A stretch of 32,000 nucleotides of DNA from Candidatus Nanopusillus sp. (GTDB lineage: Archaea; Nanobdellota; Nanobdellia; Nanobdellales; Nanobdellaceae): the NCBI GenBank assembly GCA_046533775.1, contig JAWDOO010000005.1, forward strand, positions 1 through 32,000, in the 5' to 3' direction. A program made the position numbers and the translations under genes. The notes beneath the pieces were generated by a model. The model was not told the origin of the DNA and did not search any database. It was given only the letters and a program-made list of their open reading frames with translations. Positions 1 to 7,214 of this stretch are shown piece after piece (the first letter of the stretch is position 1; the number at the start of each line of letters is the position of its first letter).

Positions 1-1244
1 CATAAATCATTAAATATAATATTTACTGCACCTTTTGATACATAAAATACTTTATCTTTATATAATACTTTTGCTTCTGTTCTTCTAGTAGAAGGATCAA
101 ATGGCTTAAATTCTAATATTCTATAATCATCTTTATTTATATTAATTTCTTTCGCTTTATTAATAAATGCCATATCTATTGGATCATTATTTGATTCTTG
201 TGATGCTAATGTCCCATATAATATTACATCTTCTTTTTTATAATTACCTAATTCTTTTATATCAGTTATAGATAATTTATTATAAGTCAAAGTACCTGTC
301 TTATCTGAACATAATGTTGTCATTGTTGCAGCATCTTCTATTGCAGATAATCTTGTAATTAATGCTCCCTTTTTTGATAATTCCATAGAACCAACTGCCA
401 ATGTAACTGTTATCATTGCAGGTAATGCTACTGGAATTGCAAAAAGTAATAAAGATATAATTAAAGGCAATACTGTAGAAAGTATAAATTCTAAATTATG
501 AACATATAAAAATGAAAATATTAATGTTAATCCTCCAAATACTAATACAATTATTAATAATGCAAAAATAACCTTGTTTGTTATTTCCTCAATATGCAAT
601 TTTGGTCTTGCTGTAGATACTAATTCTACTGTTCTTCCAAAGTATGTATTCCTTCCAGTTTTATATACAATACAATTTGCTTCTCCTCTCCTTATAATTG
701 ATCCTGAATATACAATCTGTCCTTTTTTCTTTTCAACTGTTAAAGATTCTCCTGTTAATACTGACTGATCTATATCCAATATATCATCACTAACAATTAT
801 ACAATCTGCAGGAGATATATCTCCAGCTCTTAATCTTATTATATCTCCAGGAACTAAATATTTTGATTCAATTAATTTCCATTGTCCTTCTCTTAATACC
901 CTTGCTTGTATTTGTAATTTTTCTTTTAATAATTCTAATGCTTTATTAGCTTTTTCTTCATGTATAAAAGATATTAATACATTAATAAATAATAAAGATA
1001 AGACTAAAGATGCATCTATATATTTTCCAAATATGAAATATAAGATTATAATAATTTCTAACATTATTGATGAAAATGAAATAAATTTTTTCAAAAATTT
1101 AATCAAATTACTTTCTTTCTTTTCCTCTACTAAATTATATCCATACTCTTTTAACCTTTTATCAACTTCTTCCTTTGTTAAACCATAATTCAAATCTGAA
1201 TTTAATTCTTGAAGAACTTTTGATAAATCTACATTATCATTCAT
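1..1244 (-). CDS. P-type cation-transporting ATPase, plasma-membrane H+-ATPase-like (P3A-like); N-terminal ~414 codons, remainder lies beyond the window start
   Basis: Absent from the supplied ORF track because it runs off the window. My reverse-strand translation from the ATG (complement of 1242-1244) reads MNDNVDLSKVLQELNSDLNYGLTKEEVDKRLKEYGYNLVEEKKESNLIKFLKKF... It contains the actuator motif LTGESLTVEK, several TM helices and the phosphorylation motif CSDKTGTLT, and stays open to position 1. The N-terminal pattern GLTxEE..RL..YG.N.LEEKKES...KFL resembles plasma-membrane-type H+-ATPases; the subtype call is less certain than the P-type call. Confidence 0.85.
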   Translation of the reverse strand, partial: MNDNVDLSKVLQELNSDLNYGLTKEEVDKRLKEYGYNLVEEKKESNLIKFLKKFISFSSIMLEIIIILYFIFGKYIDASLVLSLLFINVLISFIHEEKANKALELLKEKLQIQARVLREGQWKLIESKYLVPGDIIRLRAGDISPADCIIVSDDILDIDQSVLTGESLTVEKKKGQIVYSGSIIRRGEANCIVYKTGRNTYFGRTVELVSTARPKLHIEEITNKVIFALLIIVLVFGGLTLIFSFLYVHNLEFILSTVLPLIISLLLFAIPVALPAMITVTLAVGSMELSKKGALITRLSAIEDAATMTTLCSDKTGTLTYNKLSITDIKELGNYKKEDVILYGTLASQESNNDPIDMAFINKAKEININKDDYRILEFKPFDPSTRRTEAKVLYKDKVFYVSKGAVNIIFNDL

Positions 1245-1299
1245 ACTATAAAAACCCCTTTATTATTTAAAAGAATAACAGACAGAAAATCCTTTATTT

Positions 1300-1540
1300 T
1301 TATCTATTATCTTCACTACCTTGTAAAGTTCTTCTTTTTTCTACTTCTAATTTTTTCAAATTATGTTCTACAACCCCTTCTAAGGAAATATGAAAGTTTC
1401 TTGCAGTCTATGAAAGATACCATAAAATATCTACAAATTCATATATAATTTCTTACCTTTTATTTAAATATTATCCCCAACAACTTCTTTATTTTATTTA
1501 ATAATTCTCCAATTTCTCCAGCCAATGCTAATTCAGTATA
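1300..1540 (-). pseudogene. Decayed MazG-like (all-alpha NTP pyrophosphohydrolase) gene remnant
   Basis: Reverse strand, frame A (1540->1460): YTELALAGEIGELLNKIKKLLGIIFK*. Frame B (1452->1300): EIIYEFVDILWYLS*TARNFHISLEGVVEHNLKKLEVEKRRTLQGSEDNR*. Together these resemble the E..GE and E..D..W helices and the ..KL..R...G.L.GSGDNR tail of MazG-type pyrophosphohydrolases. There is no start codon or N-terminus, a frame change near 1453-1462, and an in-frame TAG at 1408-1410. Confidence 0.6.
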
Positions 1541-1604
1541 ATAAAACACAATACAATTTATTTGAATACATTACAATCTATTTTTTATAGAAAATTTATA
1601 TAAA

Positions 1605-1688
1605 CGCCGCGGGTGGGATTTGAACCCACGCCCCCTTTCGGGGATATGGTCTCAAGCCATACCCCTTGGACCACTCGGGCACCGCGGC
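1605..1688 (-). tRNA. tRNA-Ser (anticodon UGA), class II with long variable arm
   Basis: Reverse complement: GCCGCGGTGCCCGAGTGGTCCAAGGGGTATGGCTTGAGACCATATCCCCGAAAGGGGGCGTGGGTTCAAATCCCACCCGCGGCG. It has a 7-bp acceptor stem GCCGCGG/CCGCGGC and anticodon stem TATGG/CCATA with loop CTTGAGA (anticodon TGA). Variable arm is CCCC-GAAA-GGGG, T arm GTGGG-TTCAAAT-CCCAC, discriminator G. No encoded CCA and no intron. About two-thirds G+C against a ~25 % background. Confidence 0.93.
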
Positions 1689-1705
1689 ATATAAATAATT
1701 TTGAT

Positions 1706-1722
1706 CTTTATACAATTTTAAA
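1706..1722 (-). promoter_or_regulatory. Putative BRE/TATA box for tRNA-Ser, embedded in the last codons of the upstream ORF
   Basis: The minus strand reads TAAAATTGTATAAAG. The A/T box ends about 22 nt upstream of the tRNA 5' end (1688), the same spacing seen upstream of protein genes in this window. Confidence 0.35.
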
Positions 1723-2016
1723 ATATTTAGGTTTTAAATATTCTAATAAATCATGAACTAAATTTGATAGATCAAAATTATTTGAAGAAATATATATAAA
1801 GCAATAATCAATTTTTTCCCAGTAATTTAATGCAATAATAAATTTATTTGTATCAAATAAAAATGATGAAAATTTTTCCTTGTCAGATATTATTATTTTT
1901 TTATTATTTATTACTAATTTATATTTATCAATTAAATAGTCAAAAAATTTATATATATCTTGCTCAGAAAATAAAAAATTATTTCCTATTCCATTAAGAA
2001 TTAGTTTTACTTCCAT
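1708..2016 (-). CDS. Hypothetical 102-aa protein, translationally coupled to the HerA-like ATPase
   Basis: ORF of 102 aa (MEVKLILNGIGNNFLFSEQDIYKFFDYLIDKY...) whose ATG lies 23 nt inside the 3' end of the HerA-like gene (1994-2016 overlap). Same strand and ordinary Lys/Ile/Asn-rich composition. I recognise no motif. Confidence 0.55.
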   Translation of the reverse strand: MEVKLILNGIGNNFLFSEQDIYKFFDYLIDKYKLVINNKKIIISDKEKFSSFLFDTNKFIIALNYWEKIDYCFIYISSNNFDLSNLVHDLLEYLKPKYFKIV

Positions 2017-3631
2017 ATAATATTCTCTCTCTTATTATATTGTCTATATCTTCCTCTGTTCCACCAACTTCTACAGATTTTATTACCTTTAATATTGCAG
2101 GATTTTTTAATGCTAATCCAACTGCTAAACATGAACCAGTTTCTAATTTTGTTAATGCTTCAAAATATTCCCTAGATAAATATGGACATGTTTTTCTTAT
2201 GAATTCTAAATCTTTTGGATTAATTATTTTTAATAAAATAAATGTATTTAATTGAGATGTAATATCTTCTATAATACTTGAAGGTACTTGAGATACTAAA
2301 ATTAATCCTAAACCAAATTTCCTTCCTTCCCTTGCAATTAAAGATATTTTTGAAGAAACTTCACTATTCTTTGATGCAAATCTATGTGCTTCTTCGATTA
2401 CAATTCCTAAAATATCTGTTTTATTATTAAATTTCCAAGATTTATATTTTTCATAAGTAATTTCTAATAATATATCTATTAATATTCTCTGTTCTTCTAT
2501 TGATAAAGGATATAAATCAAATATAATTACCCTTGGAACAAATTTATTAGATTCTTCTAAATATACTTCTCCGTTTTCTTCTTTAACTATATTGTAATCT
2601 GAAATACTAAAGTTTCTGATATCTTCTAATAATTTATTAAATAATTCATCTACATTTTCACCCATATCGTCTACATTTTTTGGAAATAACATCCAATCTT
2701 TTATTCTTAACAATCTTGATTGTAGAGATCTTATTACATCTTCCCTATTTTTATATTTTTCAAATATTTGTGGAGGATCTCTCTTATTTACCATCTCCAA
2801 TAATTTATCCATGAATTTTGGTGCTTTTCCCTCTTCTAATGATAAAATTCTATATAATAAAGAATATACATGAGGAGCCTGTTTTCCAGATATTCCTAAG
2901 AAACTTTCCATGTAATCTTTTATATATTTTAATGATAGTTTTGCATTATATACTATTACATTTTTCTTATTTCTTTCACTTATTAATTTTTCAATGAATT
3001 CTCTTTCTCTTTTACTAAATGTTATTATTATAGAATTTTCAAAAGATAATATATAATCTCTATGAATATCAAATAACAATATTGGTATATTTTTCTTTGA
3101 TAATTCATTTACTATATGAGCGACAGTTGTACTTTTTCCAGAACCAGTTATTCCAAATATACCAGTATGTCTTATAATTAAATTCTTTATATTTAAATCT
3201 ACAATAAATTCCTTATTTTGTAAATTTATTTTTCCTAAAGGTATTGATAACTCCTTTTCTTCAAAAGAATATATTTTGCTTACTTCTTCTTCTTCTGGTA
3301 AGAATACTTCATCTCCAGGAACTGGTGGTGTTTTTGGTTTTTCTTGTAATATTTTTCCATTTTTTATTACTCCAATAAATATTGCCTTTCCAATTATTAA
3401 ATATTGCAATTTTTTTATTTGTCCATATAATAATTCTATTGCTTCATAATCAAACAATCTTTCCTCTTCAATAGCTTCAGATTTTAGATCTTCAATTATT
3501 CCAAAATAAAAGAAATCTCCAATTTTTACTTTAACTATACTTCCGATACCTACAGAATATCTTTCCTTTGGATCAACAACAAAATAAAAATATTCTGATG
3601 TCGCTTCTTTTATAACATATCCAACTTTCAT
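1994..3631 (-). CDS. herA: HerA-like hexameric ATPase/helicase (HerA-FtsK superfamily, DUF87-type)
   Basis: 545 aa. N-terminal HAS-barrel-like segment (VGYVIKEATSEYFYFVVDP...GSIVKVKIGDFFYFGIIEDL), Walker A GIFGITGSGKSTTV, Walker B/EEAH box GIVIEEAHRF, followed by REGRKFGLGLILVSQ. Confidence 0.8.
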   Translation of the reverse strand: MKVGYVIKEATSEYFYFVVDPKERYSVGIGSIVKVKIGDFFYFGIIEDLKSEAIEEERLFDYEAIELLYGQIKKLQYLIIGKAIFIGVIKNGKILQEKPKTPPVPGDEVFLPEEEEVSKIYSFEEKELSIPLGKINLQNKEFIVDLNIKNLIIRHTGIFGITGSGKSTTVAHIVNELSKKNIPILLFDIHRDYILSFENSIIITFSKREREFIEKLISERNKKNVIVYNAKLSLKYIKDYMESFLGISGKQAPHVYSLLYRILSLEEGKAPKFMDKLLEMVNKRDPPQIFEKYKNREDVIRSLQSRLLRIKDWMLFPKNVDDMGENVDELFNKLLEDIRNFSISDYNIVKEENGEVYLEESNKFVPRVIIFDLYPLSIEEQRILIDILLEITYEKYKSWKFNNKTDILGIVIEEAHRFASKNSEVSSKISLIAREGRKFGLGLILVSQVPSSIIEDITSQLNTFILLKIINPKDLEFIRKTCPYLSREYFEALTKLETGSCLAVGLALKNPAILKVIKSVEVGGTEEDIDNIIRERILYGSKTNS

Positions 3632-3650
3632 AGATGTATATTATAATATA

Positions 3651-3660
3651 CTTTTAAACA
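3651..3660. promoter_or_regulatory. Central TATA-like box shared by divergent herA-like and rps13 genes
   Basis: CTTTTAAACA sits in the middle of a 49-bp spacer. The TTTTAAA core (3652-3658) is 21 nt from the minus-strand ATG (3631) and 23 nt from the plus-strand ATG (3681). Confidence 0.45.
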
Positions 3661-3680
3661 TTTTTTATCTAAATATTTTA

Positions 3681-4193
3681 ATGCCTGGTGCACTTAAATT
3701 AATAATACCTAAAGGAAGTACATTAAAGGATGTTATACGTATTGCAGGAGTAGAATTAGATGGCCATAAACCAATTATTATAGAATTAAGGAAAGTACCT
3801 GGTGTAAACTGGAGATTTGCCAATGCTGTATGCAGTGTATTAAAAATAAATAAATGGCAAGCTTTAGGATCTCTAACAGATGAAGAATTAGAAAAATTGG
3901 AAGATTGTTTAAAAAGACCACAAAATTACGGTATACCTTCCTGGATGCTAAATAGAAGGAGAGATCCTAAAGATGGTCAAGATAAACATCTAGTAGGACC
4001 AGATTGGGAAATTCAGGTAAAAATGGATATAAAAAGAGAAATTGAATTGAATACATGGAGAGGAAATAGACATATGTACAAATTACCTGTTAGAGGACAA
4101 AAAACAAGATCTCATCATAGAAAAGGTTCTACTGTTGGTGTAGTAAAGAATAAAGAATTGAGGGCCCAACAAAAATCTGAAAATAAAGAGTAA
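3681..4193 (+). CDS. rps13: 30S ribosomal protein uS13 (S13P)
   Basis: 170 aa. VIRIAGVELDGHK, YGIPSWMLNRRRD and WRGNRHMYKLPVRGQKTRSHHRKG match the archaeal/eukaryotic uS13 pattern. Confidence 0.92.
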   Translation: MPGALKLIIPKGSTLKDVIRIAGVELDGHKPIIIELRKVPGVNWRFANAVCSVLKINKWQALGSLTDEELEKLEDCLKRPQNYGIPSWMLNRRRDPKDGQDKHLVGPDWEIQVKMDIKREIELNTWRGNRHMYKLPVRGQKTRSHHRKGSTVGVVKNKELRAQQKSENKE

Positions 4194-4194
4194 A

Positions 4195-4758
4195 ATGTGG
4201 AGAAATAGAAAAACTTGGGAAAGTCCTGGACATCCTTGGCAGAAGGATAGAATAGAAGAGGAAAGACAATTATTAAAACAATATGGATTAAAAAATAAAA
4301 AAGAAGTATGGAAAGCTTCTACAATTGCTAGAAGAATAAGATTCTATGTTAGATATTTAAATGCTAAAAAAGCTGCTGGAGTAGATGTATCAAAGGAGGA
4401 AGAAAAATTGAAGAATAGATTAGTTAAATTAGGATTATTAAATAAAAATTCTGATATAAGTGAAGCCCTAAACATAACAGTAAAAGAAATATTAGAAAGA
4501 AGATTGCAAACAATTGTATTTAGAAAGGGTTTAGCAAAAACAATAAAACAGGCAAGACAATTAATTGTACATAGGCATATTGTTATAGGAGATAAAGTAA
4601 TATCTTCCCCAGGTTATTTAGTTAAAGTTGATGAAGAAGATAAAATAAGCTATAATCCTTATTCAAATATAAATAAAGAAAAATTATTTGGTCAAAATAT
4701 AAATAAGGAAGAAAATAAAGAATCAACCGTACAAGAAGTTAATCAACCTTCTCAATAG
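4195..4758 (+). CDS. rps4: 30S ribosomal protein uS4 (S4P)
   Basis: 187 aa, starting 2 nt after the rps13 stop. N-terminal HPWQKDRIEEERQLLKQYGLKNKKEVWKA; S4 RNA-binding domain LERRLQTIVFRKGLAKTIKQARQLIVHRHIVIGDKVISSPGYLV. Confidence 0.92.
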   Translation: MWRNRKTWESPGHPWQKDRIEEERQLLKQYGLKNKKEVWKASTIARRIRFYVRYLNAKKAAGVDVSKEEEKLKNRLVKLGLLNKNSDISEALNITVKEILERRLQTIVFRKGLAKTIKQARQLIVHRHIVIGDKVISSPGYLVKVDEEDKISYNPYSNINKEKLFGQNINKEENKESTVQEVNQPSQ

Positions 4759-5052
4759 TCCTTTCTTTTCCTTTTTTACTTTTTTCTTCTTCTTTAAAAT
4801 TTTATTTAATCTATTTATATTTTTGTTTAATAATATTATAGATAAGTTAAACTCTTTTATCATTTCTACCTGACTTTTTAATTCCTTTATAGACTGATCC
4901 AATTCAGAAATATTATATGGAAAATTTTCTTGAATCTTTATATATTCAATACCTTTCTTCAATATATCTTTTATTGTATAACCTTTTTTCTTTAATTCTT
5001 CTAATTCTTCTTTAATATCTCCAATGTATATTGTTGTTGAATCTTTAGACAT
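4723..5052 (-). CDS. Hypothetical 109-aa protein, possible ribbon-helix-helix N-terminus plus coiled coil and poly-Lys tail
   Basis: MSKDSTTIYIGDIKEELEELKKKGYTIKDILKKGIEYI has a beta-strand/helix/helix look like CopG/RHH proteins, followed by heptad-like sequence and KKKKKVKKEKK. The 3' end overlaps rps4 by 36 nt, convergently. A TATA-like TTATATAAAG lies about 22-31 nt upstream of the ATG. Confidence 0.5.
   Translation of the reverse strand: MSKDSTTIYIGDIKEELEELKKKGYTIKDILKKGIEYIKIQENFPYNISELDQSIKELKSQVEMIKEFNLSIILLNKNINRLNKILKKKKKVKKEKKGLLRRLINFLYG
4761..4790 (+). terminator. Oligo-T tract (two T6 runs) right after rps4, inside the convergent ORF
   Basis: CTTTCTTTTCCTTTTTTACTTTTTTCTTCT starts 3 nt after the rps4 stop. 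Archaeal RNA polymerase terminates at oligo-T. The same bases encode the poly-Lys tail (KKKKKVKKEKK) of the minus-strand 109-aa ORF. Confidence 0.4.
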
Positions 5053-5494
5053 TTAAAAAATAGGTATCTTATTCTTTATATAATATACTAGAAAAATTTA
5101 TATATAATATTTATAAGGTTTTTCATAAAACTTATAAAGAAAAATTGTTATACCTATTATATAGTAAAATTTTTATTCAGTTATACGACGTTAAATTATG
5201 TTATTACAAAAAAGTTATCCTAATATATGAAAAATTTTATTCCAGATAATTTATAAATAAAAAATTTGTATCTAATAGGTTGTATATTATATTTCTAATA
5301 CAAAAATTTTATATATCGTTTATATAAATTTTTTGAAAAATATTTATAAAATATTAATTAAGTCGTATAACTTTGCATTATTTATAAATATACTAACTAA
5401 AAAGTACTCATATCATAAAATAATATGACAATCTATTAGTAATAAATAGAAAAATTTATTAATAAATATTTAAAAATTCCAAAGTTGTATATAT
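5053..5494. other. Exceptionally long (442 bp) non-coding spacer with multiple BRE/TATA-like boxes and inverted repeats
   Basis: No ORF of meaningful length on either strand. Boxes resembling the window's promoter consensus GAAAAATTTATATA occur at 5091-5106, 5127-5139, 5139-5152, 5229-5241, 5259-5271, 5301-5316, 5335-5350 and 5449-5464 (+) and 5321-5335 (-). G/C-containing motifs recur: AATAGGT at 5059 and 5274, and its complement at 5152. Confidence 0.6.
5179..5372. repeat. 11-nt perfect inverted repeat AGTTATACGAC (5179-5189) / GTCGTATAACT (5362-5372), arms 172 bp apart
   Basis: Read directly from the sequence. These are among the few G/C-containing words in a spacer that is otherwise almost pure A/T. 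Each arm also has an adjacent TTAA. Confidence 0.7.
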
Positions 5495-6538
5495 ATGAAT
5501 TTTTATTATCAAAATTTTATGGTAGAATATTGTAAATTACCATATGAAAATGAAAAATATGAAATCCTTATTAAAAAAGAGGAAGAAACAAATGAAAAAT
5601 ATGGTTATAATCCATGGAAAAGGCCAATAAATGAATTATTAGATTTCTCAATTATTAATTTAGATAAACCAAAGGGACCCACATCTCACCAAGTCTCTGG
5701 ATGGATAAAAAATATTTTAAACAAAAAAGCTGGGCATGCTGGTACATTAGATCCAAAAGTAACCGGAGTATTACCAATAGGAATTGGAAGAGGAACAAAA
5801 GTATTAAAATTATTATTAACTGCTGGAAAAGAATATATAGCATGGATGCATATACACAAAGATATTGATGAAAATAAAGTATATGAAGTATTAAATAAAT
5901 TTCAAGGGAAAATTGTTCAAAAACCACCACTAAAATCTGCAGTAAAAAAAGTTCCCAGAGAGAAAAATATTTATTGTATAAAAGTATTAGAAGTTGATGG
6001 TAGAGATTGGTTATTGCAAATTGCAACAGAAGCTGGTGTATATATAAGAAAATTAATAGATGATATAGGAAAAGCTTTAGGAACAAAAGCACATATGCAA
6101 CAATTAAGAAGAATTAGAGTTGGAGAATTAAAAGAAGATTCTGAAAAATATCCTCTATCTACTTTACAAGATATAGTTGATTCTATATGGTTTTGGAGAA
6201 ATGAAAATAATGAAGAATATATAAGGAAAGTTTTTCTACCAGCAGAAGTTGCAGCAGAACATACAAAAAAAATTTGGATATTAGATACTGCAGTAGATGC
6301 AATTGCACATGGAGCAAACCTAACAGTAAAAGGAATATCAAAGCTATATTCAAATATAAAAGAGGGTGATTTAGTAACAATATTTACATTAAAAGGAGAA
6401 ATAGTTGCATATGGGACTGCATTAATGGATTCTGAAAAAATTTTAAATTCTGAAAAAGGTATTGCAGTAGATATTGATAGAGTTATTATGAAGAGAGGTT
6501 TATATCCAAAAGTATGGAAGAAATCTAATATACAATGA
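5495..6538 (+). CDS. cbf5: H/ACA RNP pseudouridine synthase Cbf5 (TruB family with PUA domain)
   Basis: 347 aa. INLDKPKGPTSHQV, catalytic-Asp motif GHAGTLDPKVTGVLPIGIGRGTK, and C-terminal PUA (IWILDTAVDAIAHGANLTVKGI...GEIVAYGTALM). ATG 5519 is an alternative start, preceded by TGTATATATA at the usual distance. Confidence 0.92.
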   Translation: MNFYYQNFMVEYCKLPYENEKYEILIKKEEETNEKYGYNPWKRPINELLDFSIINLDKPKGPTSHQVSGWIKNILNKKAGHAGTLDPKVTGVLPIGIGRGTKVLKLLLTAGKEYIAWMHIHKDIDENKVYEVLNKFQGKIVQKPPLKSAVKKVPREKNIYCIKVLEVDGRDWLLQIATEAGVYIRKLIDDIGKALGTKAHMQQLRRIRVGELKEDSEKYPLSTLQDIVDSIWFWRNENNEEYIRKVFLPAEVAAEHTKKIWILDTAVDAIAHGANLTVKGISKLYSNIKEGDLVTIFTLKGEIVAYGTALMDSEKILNSEKGIAVDIDRVIMKRGLYPKVWKKSNIQ

Positions 6539-7182
6539 AATTAATATTGGGAATTGATGAAGCTGGAAGGGGACCTGTAATCGGTCCAATGGTAATTGCT
6601 GGTTATTGTATAGAAGAAGAAAAAATTGAATTATTAAAATCTTTAGGTGTTAGAGATTCTAAAGAATTAACAAGAAAACAAAGAGAAGATATATATAATG
6701 AAATAATAAAGTTAACAGATAAATATAAATATATAATAATTGATCCAAAAACAATAGACTATTATGTATATAGAAATAGATTAAACTATTTAGAATTTGA
6801 GAATATGATAAAAATAATTGAAGAAATAAAACCAGATAAAGTAATAATTGATTCCCCAATGGTTAATACAAAAAAAGTAATTGAATATATAAAAAATAAT
6901 CTAAAAATAAATGTAGAAATAGTTGCAGAAAATAAAGCAGACAAAAAATATCCAGTAGTATCCGCAGCTTCAATTATTGCAAAAGTTATAAGGGATAGAG
7001 AAATTGATAAAATAAAGGAAAAAATAAATATAGATTTTGGATCTGGATACCCATCTGATGAAAAAACAATAGAAGTATTAAAAAAAGATTATGATAAAAT
7101 AAAAGGTTATGTAAGAGAATCTTGGATGACAATTAAAAGAATAAGAAAAGAGGACCAAAAAAATATACTTGATTTTTTATAA
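6535..7182 (+). CDS. rnhB: Ribonuclease HII
   Basis: 215 aa. GIDEAGRGPVIGPMVIAG, RDSKELT and ADKKYPVVSAASIIAKVIRD. ATGA start/stop overlap with cbf5. Confidence 0.92.
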   Translation: MKLILGIDEAGRGPVIGPMVIAGYCIEEEKIELLKSLGVRDSKELTRKQREDIYNEIIKLTDKYKYIIIDPKTIDYYVYRNRLNYLEFENMIKIIEEIKPDKVIIDSPMVNTKKVIEYIKNNLKINVEIVAENKADKKYPVVSAASIIAKVIRDREIDKIKEKINIDFGSGYPSDEKTIEVLKKDYDKIKGYVRESWMTIKRIRKEDQKNILDFL

Positions 7183-7214
7183 AAAATATTCTTTCTTTAT
7201 TAAAGGATAATAAT

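Noticed and set aside
1708-2016. The 102-aa ORF downstream of herA as a truncated NurA nuclease.
   Set aside because: It is far too short for a NurA domain, which I recall as well over 250 aa. None of the NurA acidic/His catalytic motifs is recognisable.
5053-5494. Possibility that the long spacer encodes a structured RNA (RNase P RNA, SRP RNA, C/D or H/ACA sRNA, or a split-tRNA half).
   Set aside because: The only clear RNA gene here (tRNA-Ser) is about two-thirds G+C, as expected for a thermophile, whereas this spacer is almost pure A/T. I found no C box (RUGAUGA)/D box (CUGA) pair, no ACA-terminated hairpin and no tRNA-half-like G/C-rich segment. Unstructured small transcripts are not excluded.
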